DNA of 64,000 bases from an uncultured Prochlorococcus sp. GTDB lineage: Bacteria; Cyanobacteriota; Cyanobacteriia; PCC-6307; Cyanobiaceae. Position 1 is the first letter of the stretch. Each line of letters starts with the position of its first letter. Below are positions 34,215-44,937 of this stretch, in pieces. The notes beneath the pieces are model-generated. The model was not told where the DNA came from and did no database searches. It saw only the letters and a list, made by a program, of their open reading frames with translations. The stretch covers positions 28,074 through 92,073 of the forward strand of contig CACLFQ010000001.1 of assembly GCA_902606255.1 (NCBI GenBank). Reading direction: 5' to 3'. The translations under genes were made by a program, and so were the position numbers.

Positions 34215-36110
34215 ATGTGTGGCATAGTTGCTGTAACAGGTTATAAAAAAGCTTTGCCATTATTGGTTAATGGCTTAGAAAAACTTGAATATAGAGGATA
34301 TGATTCCGCAGGTATTGCAATAATCAATTCTGAAAAAAATTCTATTATTTGTAACAAGGCAGAGGGAAAACTAAGGAACTTAATAAATAATCTTAACAAT
34401 GAGAATATTCCAGGAACTGTAGGTATAGGTCATACTAGATGGGCAACACATGGAAAACCTGAGTTTAAAAATGCCCATCCTCATGTCGATGGTTCAGGAA
34501 CCATAGCAGTTGTCCAAAATGGAATTATTGAAAATTTCCAAGATTTAAAAAATAAATTAGAGAAAGAGGGTATTATTTTTAATTCTGATACAGACACCGA
34601 GGTAATTCCTCATTTAATTAAAAGAGAATTAAATACATTAAGTAAACTTAACCTTGAGAATAATGGCTCAACATTATTAGTAGCTGTGAGAAATGTAATA
34701 TCTGATCTGGAAGGATCTTATGCCTTAGCCGTTTTATGGGCTGATGCTCCAACCTCTTTGGTAGTTGCAAGAAAACAAGCGCCCTTGATTATTGGTTTGG
34801 GGGAAGGAGAATTTATTTGTGCAAGTGATACACCAGCTATTGCAAGTTTTACAAATATTATTTTGCCTATGGAGGATGAAGAAATAGCTTTGTTGACTCC
34901 TCTTGGAATAGAAATATATGACAAAAACAATGAGAGACAATATCGAAATCCAGTTTCTCTAAAAGTCTCAGAGCAAATAATGGATAAGATGAATTTTAAA
35001 CACTTTATGTTAAAAGAAATATATGATCAGCCAAAAACTGCAAAAAACTGGCTGGATAATTACTTAATTCAAAACTTAGAAGAGGGCCGTTATCAAATTA
35101 ATTATCCTTTTGATACAAAGTTTTTCGAATCAATAGAAAGAATCGAAATTATCGCTTGTGGTACAAGTAAACATGCTGCAATGGTGGGTAGCTTTTTACT
35201 AGAACAATTTTCAGGTATACCTACAAATGTCTTTTACGCAAGTGAATTTCGGTATTCACCACCTCCATTGCTGCCAAACACATTAACTATTGGAGTCACT
35301 CAATCTGGAGAAACTGCTGATACAATTGCAGCTATCGATATGGAAATTAAAAGACGCTCCTCTATTAAAGATAAAAATTTTAAACCCAATCTTATTGCAA
35401 TAACAAATAGAAAAGAGAGCTCGATAGGTAGGCAGGTTTCAAATATAATTGATATCTGCGCAGGAATAGAAGTGGGAGTTGCAGCAACAAAAACTTTTTT
35501 TGCTCAATTACTTTCCTTTTATGGATTAGCTATAAAATTTGCTGAAATTAAAGGAAGTCAAAGTTTAGATGAAATAAGTAATTTAATAACTGAACTTATA
35601 AAACTGCCTCCAATGATAGAAGATCTTTTAGAGCAGCATCATAAATCTTCAGAAAAGCTAGCACATGATTTTTTTAATATTAAAGATGTTATCTTTTTAG
35701 GAAGAGGTATAAATTATCCTATTGCTCTTGAAGGAGCATTAAAACTAAAAGAAATTAGTTATATCCATGCGGCTGGATATCCAGCTGGTGAGATGAAACA
35801 TGGTCCAATAGCTTTGTTAGACAAAAAAGTACCTGTAATTTCTATTGCTTCTCCTGGTGAAGTTTTCGATAAAGTTATTAGTAATGCTCAAGAAGCAAAA
35901 GCTAGAGATTCATTTTTAATTGGCATTGCTCCCGAATGTAATGGAACTGAAATTTTTGATTATTTAATGAAAGTTCCTTCCTATAATGAATGGATTTCAC
36001 CTTTATTAAACATAGTGCCTTTACAATTATTGAGTTACCATATTGCGGCTCATAGAGGACTTGACGTGGATCAACCAAGAAATTTAGCTAAAAGTGTAAC
36101 TGTGGAATAA
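34215..36110 (+). CDS. glmS: Glutamine--fructose-6-phosphate aminotransferase
   Basis: Must begin MCGI (catalytic N-terminal Cys), so start is ATG 34215; EYRGYDSAG, GHTRWATHG, PRNLAKSVTVE. Confidence 0.99.
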   Translation: MCGIVAVTGYKKALPLLVNGLEKLEYRGYDSAGIAIINSEKNSIICNKAEGKLRNLINNLNNENIPGTVGIGHTRWATHGKPEFKNAHPHVDGSGTIAVVQNGIIENFQDLKNKLEKEGIIFNSDTDTEVIPHLIKRELNTLSKLNLENNGSTLLVAVRNVISDLEGSYALAVLWADAPTSLVVARKQAPLIIGLGEGEFICASDTPAIASFTNIILPMEDEEIALLTPLGIEIYDKNNERQYRNPVSLKVSEQIMDKMNFKHFMLKEIYDQPKTAKNWLDNYLIQNLEEGRYQINYPFDTKFFESIERIEIIACGTSKHAAMVGSFLLEQFSGIPTNVFYASEFRYSPPPLLPNTLTIGVTQSGETADTIAAIDMEIKRRSSIKDKNFKPNLIAITNRKESSIGRQVSNIIDICAGIEVGVAATKTFFAQLLSFYGLAIKFAEIKGSQSLDEISNLITELIKLPPMIEDLLEQHHKSSEKLAHDFFNIKDVIFLGRGINYPIALEGALKLKEISYIHAAGYPAGEMKHGPIALLDKKVPVISIASPGEVFDKVISNAQEAKARDSFLIGIAPECNGTEIFDYLMKVPSYNEWISPLLNIVPLQLLSYHIAAHRGLDVDQPRNLAKSVTVE

Positions 36111-36142
36111 TGAGTTTCTTATAAATTTTGATTTTTTAAAAT

Positions 36143-36682
36143 TTATAGCTCTAAAAGTCCATTTGGAGGATTGATGATTAGAAAATTATTTTTTATATCT
36201 ACTAGTGGGACGATTTCTTTAACAAATGGTATTAGAACTTTTTTTTGATTTTTCAATAGTTCAATAACAAGTAAATTATTTTTCTCATTTTCTAAATCGA
36301 TAATTTTCCCAATTGTTTTTAATTCATCATTTTCTAAAGTTTTGACCTCCAGATTTATAAGTTCCAACAAGTGGAATTCTTCCTTTTTTAATTTGGGTAG
36401 TTTATCGGTTTTTACAAGTATTTTAAATTTTTTCAATTGCTCTGCATGATTTCTTGTATTAATTCCCTCGAGCTTAACTATAAAGGTTTCTCTACCAGGC
36501 TGTTTGAAACCAGATATAAGTTCTATTTTTGAAGGAGGTTCATTTTCTTTTTGCAACCATCTCATTCCTGGTTTTAAAAATCTTTCTTCAAAATCACTTA
36601 GAGATTTAACCTTTACCTGTCCATTTATTCCATGACATGATGTTATCAATCCAACAGTCAACCATTCATTTTTATTTATCAT
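36143..36682 (-). CDS. rimM: Ribosome maturation factor RimM
   Basis: [29 protein letters not shown]. Confidence 0.95.
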   Translation of the reverse strand: MINKNEWLTVGLITSCHGINGQVKVKSLSDFEERFLKPGMRWLQKENEPPSKIELISGFKQPGRETFIVKLEGINTRNHAEQLKKFKILVKTDKLPKLKKEEFHLLELINLEVKTLENDELKTIGKIIDLENEKNNLLVIELLKNQKKVLIPFVKEIVPLVDIKNNFLIINPPNGLLEL

Positions 36683-36706
36683 ATATTGTATTAGAAAGAG
36701 TGTTTT

Positions 36707-36892
36707 ATGGAATTATCTACTAAACCCATACTCCCTGGTTCTTTTGTTGTTGTAAAAGACACGAACTCTATATATAGAGGGTACAAAGGTTTTGTACAAA
36801 GAGTTACAAAAAAAAGAGCAGCAGTTCTGTTTGAAGGGGGTAATTGGGATAAACTCATAACTTTTCAGCTAACAAATTTAGAAATAGTATAA
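36707..36892 (+). CDS. ndhS: NAD(P)H dehydrogenase subunit NdhS
   Basis: ILPGSFVVV...GFVQRV...[16 protein letters not shown]. Confidence 0.93.
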   Translation: MELSTKPILPGSFVVVKDTNSIYRGYKGFVQRVTKKRAAVLFEGGNWDKLITFQLTNLEIV

Positions 36893-36895
36893 AAA

Positions 36896-37645
36896 TTAGA
36901 TTTTACCTATAGTTATAAATTTTTCTATCAAAACCCTAGCTGCATTCGTTTCTGCTTGTTTATGGGACTTGCCGAATGCGGATGATTCTTTTAATCCTTC
37001 GATAAATATATCGCAAGAAAATCTTTTAGGGTCCCCATTTTTTTTTGAGACTTCAATTATTTTATAGAATGGCAAATCAAAACCTTTACTTTGACACCAC
37101 TCTTGTAATACTGTCTTAGATTTGAATTTATATGGAGCTTTTAAAAATATTTCTGAATCTTCCTCCCAAATATCATCTAACCAAAGATTTACTTCCTGAA
37201 TTGAATTAAAGCAATTATAAATAGCACCGATTAAAGCTTCTGTAGCTTCACCAATAATAGTATTTTTTGAATTTTCATCACCAAGAGCTTTAGGTCCTTT
37301 AATTATTAATTTCTCAATATCAATTTTTTCTCCTAATTTAGTTAACCATTCATCACTAACAATTTGTGCTCTTAGCTCTGATCTTTCTCCTACATTCATT
37401 TGAGGATATTTTTTTTCAATAAAATTAGAAGCCGCCAATCTGAGTACTGCATCTCCGAAAAATTCTAGTTTTTCGTAATTCTTTATTTTGTCCTCTGAGG
37501 AATGGATAAATGCTTGATTAAAATCTTGAATAACTGAAATGTTTTGGGTTCTAATTATTTCAGAAAATCTTCTTGATTTAATATTTAAAGACCTTAAAAA
37601 TGTAGTAATTTGATCAATTCTCTTTGCATTAATTATATTTTTCAT
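36896..37645 (-). CDS. rnc: Ribonuclease III
   Basis: YEKLEFFGDAVL, EALIGA, dsRBD KTVLQEW...GKSHKQAETNAA. Confidence 0.93.
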   Translation of the reverse strand: MKNIINAKRIDQITTFLRSLNIKSRRFSEIIRTQNISVIQDFNQAFIHSSEDKIKNYEKLEFFGDAVLRLAASNFIEKKYPQMNVGERSELRAQIVSDEWLTKLGEKIDIEKLIIKGPKALGDENSKNTIIGEATEALIGAIYNCFNSIQEVNLWLDDIWEEDSEIFLKAPYKFKSKTVLQEWCQSKGFDLPFYKIIEVSKKNGDPKRFSCDIFIEGLKESSAFGKSHKQAETNAARVLIEKFITIGKI

Positions 37646-37669
37646 CTGATTTAATGATCACAACAATTA

Positions 37670-38045
37670 GAAAGCAGGTCATAAGCCGGGTTCTGTTCAT
37701 CTTAATTAAGATGGGCAATCATCTATCTAGAACTGGAATTACTTCACAGTCTCAAGCGGCGCTTAAAAGTAGATTGTGTAATGGTCATAAATCTACTAAG
37801 CCTTGCTCCCAGCCGGGGTTTACCTAGCCAACACCTCTCAATGTTGCTGGTGCGCTCTTACCACACCCTTGCACCCTTGCCATACATAAAGTATTAGGCG
37901 GTATGTTTCTGTGGCACTATCCTCACGGTTGCCCGCACTGGGAATTACCCAGCAAGCCTGACCAATTGGGAGCCCGGACTTTCCTCAAGAAAGTTTTATT
38001 TTGGAAACAAAATAAAACTTTCTTGCGATTGCCTCTCCTGCTTTC
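37670..38045 (-). ncRNA. rnpB: RNase P RNA (type A, cyanobacterial)
   Basis: Minus strand GAGGAAAGTCCGGGCT...AGTGCCACAGAAA...GGTAAACCCC...ACAGAACCCGGCTTAT, with terminal P1 GAAAGCAGG/CCTGCTTTC. Confidence 0.97.
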
Positions 38046-38083
38046 ATCTAGCATAATGCTTATTACTCCAAAAATCATCTATT

Positions 38084-38157
<74 letters not shown>

Positions 38158-38235
38158 TAAATATAAAAAACTATATGTAGTATGTGTGCAAACTTGCTAC
38201 TCTCTAGCTAGCGTATAGTTAGTAATAAATCTTTT

Positions 38236-38568
38236 ATGGCTAAGTTGCATGATATGCGTTTAAAGCTCTTAATTCAACAAGAGCATGAACGCATTTCTAA
38301 ATCCCAACCTAACGATTTAGATCTTTCAATAGTTCAAGCAAGATGCTTGTGTTGGCTTGCCTTATTGGCAGAAGCTCACGAAGATCAAGCAAATGATGCT
38401 GAAAAAAGAGGCGATGCCGAGCAAGCAATGGGATGGTTTGCTGATTCTATGAGACTAAGAGATGTTATTAATTTGGTTACTAGTATTGAAATACCTTTGC
38501 CAGATAGTCCAGATTCACTAGATGAAAATGACGAATTATTGGACGGCCCTACAATTTTGCCCAAATAG
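38236..38568 (+). CDS. Conserved hypothetical protein
   Basis: 110 aa helical ORF (QARCLCWLALLAEAHEDQA...MGWFADSMRL). Confidence 0.8.
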   Translation: MAKLHDMRLKLLIQQEHERISKSQPNDLDLSIVQARCLCWLALLAEAHEDQANDAEKRGDAEQAMGWFADSMRLRDVINLVTSIEIPLPDSPDSLDENDELLDGPTILPK

Positions 38569-38599
38569 TGAGATGATATAAAAAGAATTATATTTCCTT

Positions 38600-39052
38600 T
38601 TGGCTGAAGAACCATGTCAATGCTCTGATTGTCAGAGATTTTATAAAGAGCATGATCGTCTTATCAGAGAATTTCCTACTTTTAAGCAGCAACAAGAATT
38701 GAATTGGGCATCTATTCAATCTTTCAGAACTCTTTGCACTAAGGTTACTGATGAGTTGCAGAAAGAATTATCTGAAAGAGAATCAAATAAAGATATCAGT
38801 TCAGAAGAAAAAAATATTTCTGATATAGAAATTACTGAAGCTTTAGATGAACTTGAAAGTGTTAATGCCTATTTATATTCAATTGAAGCATTAATGGAAA
38901 GAATATTTGATACAAAAATTTCAAACAATATTGAATCAAAATTTAAAGAAATTGCAAATGAATTAGCTCCAGACCCGTTAAATATGGATCGATTAATTTT
39001 GAATAGATTATTTCATCAAACTCCAGATTCACCAGATAAGAAAAAATCTTAA
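38600..39052 (+). CDS. Hypothetical coiled-coil protein with N-terminal CxCxxC
   Basis: 150 aa, PCQCSDCQRF followed by acidic helical segments. Confidence 0.8.
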   Translation: MAEEPCQCSDCQRFYKEHDRLIREFPTFKQQQELNWASIQSFRTLCTKVTDELQKELSERESNKDISSEEKNISDIEITEALDELESVNAYLYSIEALMERIFDTKISNNIESKFKEIANELAPDPLNMDRLILNRLFHQTPDSPDKKKS

Positions 39053-41595
39053 TTAGTTAATTCTTCGACGTCGCAAGTAATTTCAACTGGCATTGGAGAG
39101 ACTTTCCAAATAGATTTACAGTACTCTCTAATAGATCTATCTGAAGAAAAATATCCTGATCTAGCAGTATTTAATAATGCCATTTTATTCCAAGATTTTT
39201 TGTGATTCCAGCATTCACTGACCACATCCTGTTTATTTAAGTAGTCTTCAAAGTCAGCCATAACAAAAAATGGGTCATGTCCAGTCAAGCTATTCAATAA
39301 AGGTTTAAATAATTCTTTATCCCCATTGCTAAAGTGGCCAATTTCAATTAGCCGTATAACCTCCTTAAGCTCTGGGCATAGATCAATAAAAGTTTTGGGA
39401 GAGTAATTATTATGTTTTAAGTCCATAATTTCGCTTTCAGTTTTACCAAAAAGAAAGAAATTTTCTTTTTTCACAAGATCTCTTAATTCCACATTAGCTC
39501 CATCTAAGGTGCCAATAGTTAGGGCTCCATTCATGGCAAACTTCATATTTCCAGTCCCAGATGCTTCTTTTCCAGCAGTTGAAATTTGTTCTGAAAGATC
39601 GGTTGCGGGATAAACTATTTCACCAAGTTTGACGTTATAGTCTGGCAGAAAAACAACTCTTAATAAACCATCCATATCTGGATCAGAATTAACTACATCT
39701 GCAATACCATTAATAAATCGAATCATCAGCTTTGCCATAAAGTAACCTGGCGCAGCCTTACCTCCGAATATTATTGTTCTTGGAACTTCATACTTGTTTG
39801 TACCATTTTTGATTCTTAAATATTGAGCAATGATTTGCAGGGCGTTTAAATGTTGTCTTTTATATTGATGAATTCTTTTTACTTGAACATCAAATAAACT
39901 TGATGGATCTACAAGTATTCCAGTTTTGGAATGAATAAAACTAGCTAATTTTCTTTTGCCATTTAGTTTAGTTTCCTCAAATTTTTGTAAAAAATTATTG
40001 TCATCTTTTTTTTCTTCTAACTTCTTAAGAAGTTCCATGTTTGTTATCCAATTTGGACCAACTTCTTTTTCTAAAAGGTTTGATAATGATGGATTAGATA
40101 GGGCAACCCATCTTCTTGGGGTCACCCCATTAGTTACATTGGTAAATTTTTCAGGCCATAGAGCTGCAAATTCTGGAAGAAGTTGCCTTTTTATTAGATC
40201 TGAGTGAAGAGCTGCAACACCATTGATATGATGTGCTCCAATTGTAGCCAAATGGGCCATCCGAACTGATTTGGAACCTTCTTCATCAATTATTGAGAGT
40301 TTTTGAAGGATCTTGTCATCACCTGGATAACGTAGTCTTAATTGTTGTAGAAATCTCCAATTGATTTCATAAATAATTTCTAGATGACGAGGAAGAAGAT
40401 CATTAAATAAACCTAAATCCCACTTCTCTAAAGCTTCTGGTAGTAGTGTGTGGTTGGTATAAGCAACTGAGGTGGTTGTTATATTCCAAGCTTTATCCCA
40501 ACCTATTTGATATTGGTCAATAAGAAGTCGCATTAATTCTGCAACTGCAATAGCAGGATGTGTATCGTTTAATTGGACTGTCCAATGCTTAGGGAATTCT
40601 GTGATTGGTATTGATCTTTTTTCAAGGCTTCTCAACATATCCTGAAGAGAACAACTTACAAAAAAGTGTTGTTGTTTGAGTCTTAATCTTCTACCTTCGT
40701 CAGTTCCATCATTTGGATATAAAACTTTTGAAAGAGTTTCAGATGCAACTTTTTCTTCTACTGCACCATAATAATCACCAATATTGAATGCATAAAAGTC
40801 AAAACTTTCAGTTGCATCAGCTCTCCATAATCTTAATCTGTCACATGTGTTTACTCTGTATCCTAAAACTGGAACATCATGAGGTACTCCAATCGCATGT
40901 TCTGAAGGGATCCATCTTGATCTGTAGTTCCCTTTATCATCCCTATAACTTTCAGTTCTGCCTCCAAAACCAACGAAACATGATTCGTCCGGTTGTGGAA
41001 GTTCCCATGGCCATCCACCCTTTAACCATTTATCAGTTACTTCTACTTGCCAACCATCCCTTATTAACTGATTGAATATGCCAAATTCATATCTAATACC
41101 ATAACCAACTGCTGGAACTTGTAGAGATGCTAATGATTCCATATAACATGCTGCAAGTCTCCCAAGTCCACCATTACCTAATCCAGGCTCTTCTTCTACT
41201 TCAAGAATTGTTGACAATGATTCAATGCCGAATCTTTTTAAAGCATCTTCTGCCTCTTGAGTTATTCCAAGATTGAGTAGATTATTACTTAATTGAGGGC
41301 CTATTAAAAATTCTGCTGATAAGTAGGCTACCGTTTTTTGTGGTTTTTTTCTTATGACTTCTTGGCTGGCTAAATATCTTGTCATTAGCCTATCTTTAAC
41401 TGCATAACTTAAAGCCATATACAAGTCGTGAGGACTTGCAGAAGTAGCTAACTTTCCAAGAGTATAAAAGAGATGCGCTGTCATCCCTTGGAAAACAGCA
41501 TCAGAATCCATTCCAGCTTTCTCAGGATCTAAGTAGCAGCCTGGGGTAGGCAAACGTAGATCAAAGGGTTTGTTGGTATTCATTGGATTAGCCAT
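39049..41595 (-). CDS. glgP: Glycogen phosphorylase
   Basis: GLGNGGLGRLAAC, QLNDTHP, VKRIHQYKRQ, EASGTGNMKF; start uncertain (41613, 41595 or 41583). Confidence 0.98.
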   Translation of the reverse strand: MANPMNTNKPFDLRLPTPGCYLDPEKAGMDSDAVFQGMTAHLFYTLGKLATSASPHDLYMALSYAVKDRLMTRYLASQEVIRKKPQKTVAYLSAEFLIGPQLSNNLLNLGITQEAEDALKRFGIESLSTILEVEEEPGLGNGGLGRLAACYMESLASLQVPAVGYGIRYEFGIFNQLIRDGWQVEVTDKWLKGGWPWELPQPDESCFVGFGGRTESYRDDKGNYRSRWIPSEHAIGVPHDVPVLGYRVNTCDRLRLWRADATESFDFYAFNIGDYYGAVEEKVASETLSKVLYPNDGTDEGRRLRLKQQHFFVSCSLQDMLRSLEKRSIPITEFPKHWTVQLNDTHPAIAVAELMRLLIDQYQIGWDKAWNITTTSVAYTNHTLLPEALEKWDLGLFNDLLPRHLEIIYEINWRFLQQLRLRYPGDDKILQKLSIIDEEGSKSVRMAHLATIGAHHINGVAALHSDLIKRQLLPEFAALWPEKFTNVTNGVTPRRWVALSNPSLSNLLEKEVGPNWITNMELLKKLEEKKDDNNFLQKFEETKLNGKRKLASFIHSKTGILVDPSSLFDVQVKRIHQYKRQHLNALQIIAQYLRIKNGTNKYEVPRTIIFGGKAAPGYFMAKLMIRFINGIADVVNSDPDMDGLLRVVFLPDYNVKLGEIVYPATDLSEQISTAGKEASGTGNMKFAMNGALTIGTLDGANVELRDLVKKENFFLFGKTESEIMDLKHNNYSPKTFIDLCPELKEVIRLIEIGHFSNGDKELFKPLLNSLTGHDPFFVMADFEDYLNKQDVVSECWNHKKSWNKMALLNTARSGYFSSDRSIREYCKSIWKVSPMPVEITCDVEELTN

Positions 41596-41749
41596 ATAAC
41601 AGACAATAGCCATTTTTTTGAAAATTTCTTTGTTGTAACTTCAGATCCACACTTGTTGAGTATTTTTGCTTTTTTCTTACATATTTCTTAAAGTGGGCCC
41701 TCAATAAACTATCTTCCAATTAGGTAGTTTATTTTTTCTCTCATTTCAT

Positions 41750-43117
41750 ATGTATTCTTTACTTGCTGAATTAAGTGCACATGATTTAGAAGTTGCTGAA
41801 ACTTTGATAGGAGTTATAAGGTTTCTATTGATATTTTTAGCTGCAAGAGCATTAGCAGAAGTATTAGTAAGACTAAGTTTGCCAACGATAGTTGGCGAGC
41901 TTCTTGCAGGGGTTGTAATAGGGGCATCAGGATTCCATTTGTTGATACCGCCCTCAGCTGGAACAGAATTAAATGAAGGACTTGTAAATGTTATTAGCTC
42001 ATTAGCGTCGATCCCCCCAGAAGCTGTACCTGATGTTTATTTCGAAAGTTTTCCATCCCTCCAAGCAGTAGCAACTCTCGGGTTATATGCTCTTCTATTT
42101 TTAACAGGATTAGAAAGTGAGTTAGAGGAATTAGTAGCTGTAGGAGCTCAAGCTTTTACTGTTGCTATGGCTGGTGTAATTTTACCGTTTGCCTTTGGCA
42201 CTCTTGGATTAATGTTTATTTTCCAAGTAGATCTAATTCCAGCAGTTTTTGCTGGAGCATCTATGACAGCAACAAGTATAGGAATTACTGCAAGTGTTTT
42301 TGGTGAGTTGGGATATTTAAAAACTAGAGAAGGACAGATTGTTATTGGAGCTGCTGTTTTGGATGATATTTTGGGTATTGTTATTCTCGCCGTTGTAGTC
42401 GCCCTTGCTGCCGGAGGTTCTTTAGAAATTGCTCCTATTGTTAAATTAGTTGCAGCAGCTGTAGTATTTGTTATTGCTGCTATCGCATTAAGTAGAACAG
42501 CTGCACCTGGCTTTGATTGGTTATTAGATAGATTAAAGGCTCCTGGAGCGGTAGTTGTAGCTTCTTTTGTGATACTTGTGTTGTGTTGTTTTGTCGCAAC
42601 AGCAATTGGATTGGAAGCAGCTTTAGGTGCTTTTGCAGCTGGACTAATTCTTAGTAGTTCTAAAAATAATCACGCAATTCAACAATCCGTTTTACCTTTA
42701 GTATCCTTATTCGCAACTATTTTCTTCGTATTAGTAGGAGCTGGAATGGATTTATCAGTTATTAATCCACTTGATCCAACAAGTAGATCAGCACTTGTAG
42801 TTGCTGGATTTTTATTAGTTGTAGCAATTATTGGAAAAATTGCATCAGGATGGGTATTTTCAAGTGATAAACCTACAAATAGATTAGTTGTAGGTTTAGG
42901 TATGATGCCTAGAGGAGAGGTTGGTTTAATTTTCCTTGGACTAGGAACAAGCGCTAAGTTGTTAACTCCTTCTCTTGAAGCAGCTATTTTATTAATGGTC
43001 ATTGGAACTACATTCCTTGCACCTGTTCTCTTGAGAATTGTTCTAAAAGATAAGCCCCCAAATGATGGCAATAAAATTTCAGATGATGTTGCAGCTGATC
43101 CTGTGGGTCTTCTTTAG
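41750..43117 (+). CDS. CPA2 cation:proton antiporter (NhaS3-like)
   Basis: TATSIGIT, GAAVLDDILG, GMMPRGEVGL; about 12 TM segments. Confidence 0.93.
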   Translation: MYSLLAELSAHDLEVAETLIGVIRFLLIFLAARALAEVLVRLSLPTIVGELLAGVVIGASGFHLLIPPSAGTELNEGLVNVISSLASIPPEAVPDVYFESFPSLQAVATLGLYALLFLTGLESELEELVAVGAQAFTVAMAGVILPFAFGTLGLMFIFQVDLIPAVFAGASMTATSIGITASVFGELGYLKTREGQIVIGAAVLDDILGIVILAVVVALAAGGSLEIAPIVKLVAAAVVFVIAAIALSRTAAPGFDWLLDRLKAPGAVVVASFVILVLCCFVATAIGLEAALGAFAAGLILSSSKNNHAIQQSVLPLVSLFATIFFVLVGAGMDLSVINPLDPTSRSALVVAGFLLVVAIIGKIASGWVFSSDKPTNRLVVGLGMMPRGEVGLIFLGLGTSAKLLTPSLEAAILLMVIGTTFLAPVLLRIVLKDKPPNDGNKISDDVAADPVGLL

Positions 43118-43160
43118 GAAATAAGTTTATTAGAATCAACCAACATAGAACTTTCAATAA

Positions 43161-44060
43161 ATGGAAAAGTCAGCTCTCATAGATAGTGATGTAAATTATG
43201 ACTGGAATTTTTTAAATTACCCAATACATACTGTTTCTGCTAAGCCTGAGAAATCATCAAAAGAATGTGCAATTTTATTAATTCATGGTTTCGGAGCCTC
43301 CACGGATCATTGGAGGTTCAATATCCCTACTTTGAGTAACAAATACGAAGTACATGCTATAGATCTTCTCGGTTTTGGAAAAAGTCCTAAGCCTCAAGAT
43401 GTTGAATACTCAGGATCTTTATGGAAGGATCAGGTTGTAGCCTATGTAAAAGAGAAAATAAAAAAACCTACAATTGTTGTTGGAAATTCATTAGGTGGTT
43501 ATGCAGCATTAGCAGCTGGTTCAGAATTAAATGAGCTCAATGCAGGAGTGATATTACTTAATGCTGCAGGATATTTTAGTGAAGAAAAAACTATCAAAAA
43601 GACTATGTTGCAAACTTCAATTGAAACAGTTGCTGGAATATTTTTGAAAAATATTGTTCTTCAACGTTTGATTTTTGAGAATATGAGAAATCCAAAAAAT
43701 ATTAAAAAAACTTTGAATCAAGTTTATGTCGACAAAAAAAATGTTGATGATTTTTTAGTTGAGTCAATTAGAAAGCCTTCTCTAGATTATGGAGCTTTTA
43801 ATGTTTTTAGGAGTGTATTTAACCCATCAGGTCCTCAGGGATTGCCATTGGATAAGTTATTTGCAAAACTCGATTCACCATTATTACTGCTCTGGGGAGG
43901 CAAAGATCCATGGATGAATACTCCAAAAAAAAGAAATCTTTATAAAAAATTCACACCAAAGAATACACAAGAAATCATTCTTGATGCTGGACATTGTCCT
44001 CATGATGAAATACCTGAATTAGTTAATCAGCATATTTTGGATTGGGTTGATTCTCTTTAA
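43161..44060 (+). CDS. Alpha/beta fold hydrolase
   Basis: LIHGFGAS, GNSLGG, WGGKDPW, GHCPHDE. Confidence 0.92.
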   Translation: MEKSALIDSDVNYDWNFLNYPIHTVSAKPEKSSKECAILLIHGFGASTDHWRFNIPTLSNKYEVHAIDLLGFGKSPKPQDVEYSGSLWKDQVVAYVKEKIKKPTIVVGNSLGGYAALAAGSELNELNAGVILLNAAGYFSEEKTIKKTMLQTSIETVAGIFLKNIVLQRLIFENMRNPKNIKKTLNQVYVDKKNVDDFLVESIRKPSLDYGAFNVFRSVFNPSGPQGLPLDKLFAKLDSPLLLLWGGKDPWMNTPKKRNLYKKFTPKNTQEIILDAGHCPHDEIPELVNQHILDWVDSL

Positions 44061-44069
44061 GAAACAATT

Positions 44070-44924
44070 GTGCAAATTAAATTACTTAATAAAGGTCAAG
44101 GAATTTTTGTCTTTCAATTAGATCAAAATAACTATATTAAATTTTGCCCTGAAAGAGGAGGTGTTATTACAAATTGGGTTTCGGATGGTAAAGAGATACT
44201 TTATTTCGATGAAAAAAGATTTATGGATAAGACAAAAAGTATTAGGGGTGGCATTCCAATCTTGTTTCCAATTTGTGGAAATCTCAATACCTCTACTTCA
44301 GTTTTTGGAAAAGATTATTTGCAATTAACACAACATGGTTTCGCTAGGGATTTGCAATGGCAATACTCCTTTAATAAAAATGAAAAATCTTTATGCTTAT
44401 TTTTAAATGAATCTAAAAAAACTAAAAAATATTATCCTTTTGATTTCGAACTTAGAATAGAAATTACATTAAAGATTAACTGTTTAGAATTTGAAATTAC
44501 GATTTTCAACAAAACAGACATTGCTATGCCTATAAATTTTGGATTACATCCTTACTTTAATGTTTCAGATTTCAAAAATTTGGAATTTATTGATAATCCA
44601 CTTAATTGTCAGAATCAAGAAAAAAACATAATAAGTAATACTTTGGATGAGTTGAAAAATATTAATTTAGGAGTTGATCTACTTACCTATACTTTGGGTA
44701 GGAGCGCTTTTCGGGATAAAATTTTTAAAAGACAAGTAACTTTAAATCATCCATATCCTTTTAACCTAGGCGTTATTTGGAGTGATCCTCCAAGAAAAAT
44801 GATATGTCTTGAACCTTGGACTAGTCCCCGAAATTCTTTTGTTGATGGATTCAGAAACATTATGATTCCTTCAAATGATCATCAAAGGTTTGATGCCTCA
44901 ATACAAATAAAATCTCTTAAGTAA
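44070..44924 (+). CDS. Aldose 1-epimerase / galactose mutarotase-like protein
   Basis: IRGGIPILFP, HGFARD, GLHPYF, ICLEPW. Confidence 0.9.
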   Translation: MQIKLLNKGQGIFVFQLDQNNYIKFCPERGGVITNWVSDGKEILYFDEKRFMDKTKSIRGGIPILFPICGNLNTSTSVFGKDYLQLTQHGFARDLQWQYSFNKNEKSLCLFLNESKKTKKYYPFDFELRIEITLKINCLEFEITIFNKTDIAMPINFGLHPYFNVSDFKNLEFIDNPLNCQNQEKNIISNTLDELKNINLGVDLLTYTLGRSAFRDKIFKRQVTLNHPYPFNLGVIWSDPPRKMICLEPWTSPRNSFVDGFRNIMIPSNDHQRFDASIQIKSLK

Positions 44925-44937
44925 TTATGCAATACTT

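Noticed and set aside
37986-38025. Perfect 18-bp inverted repeat, plus a 16-nt palindrome at 37698-37713
   Set aside because: Helices of RNase P RNA (P3 and P19 positions), not a mobile element or terminator
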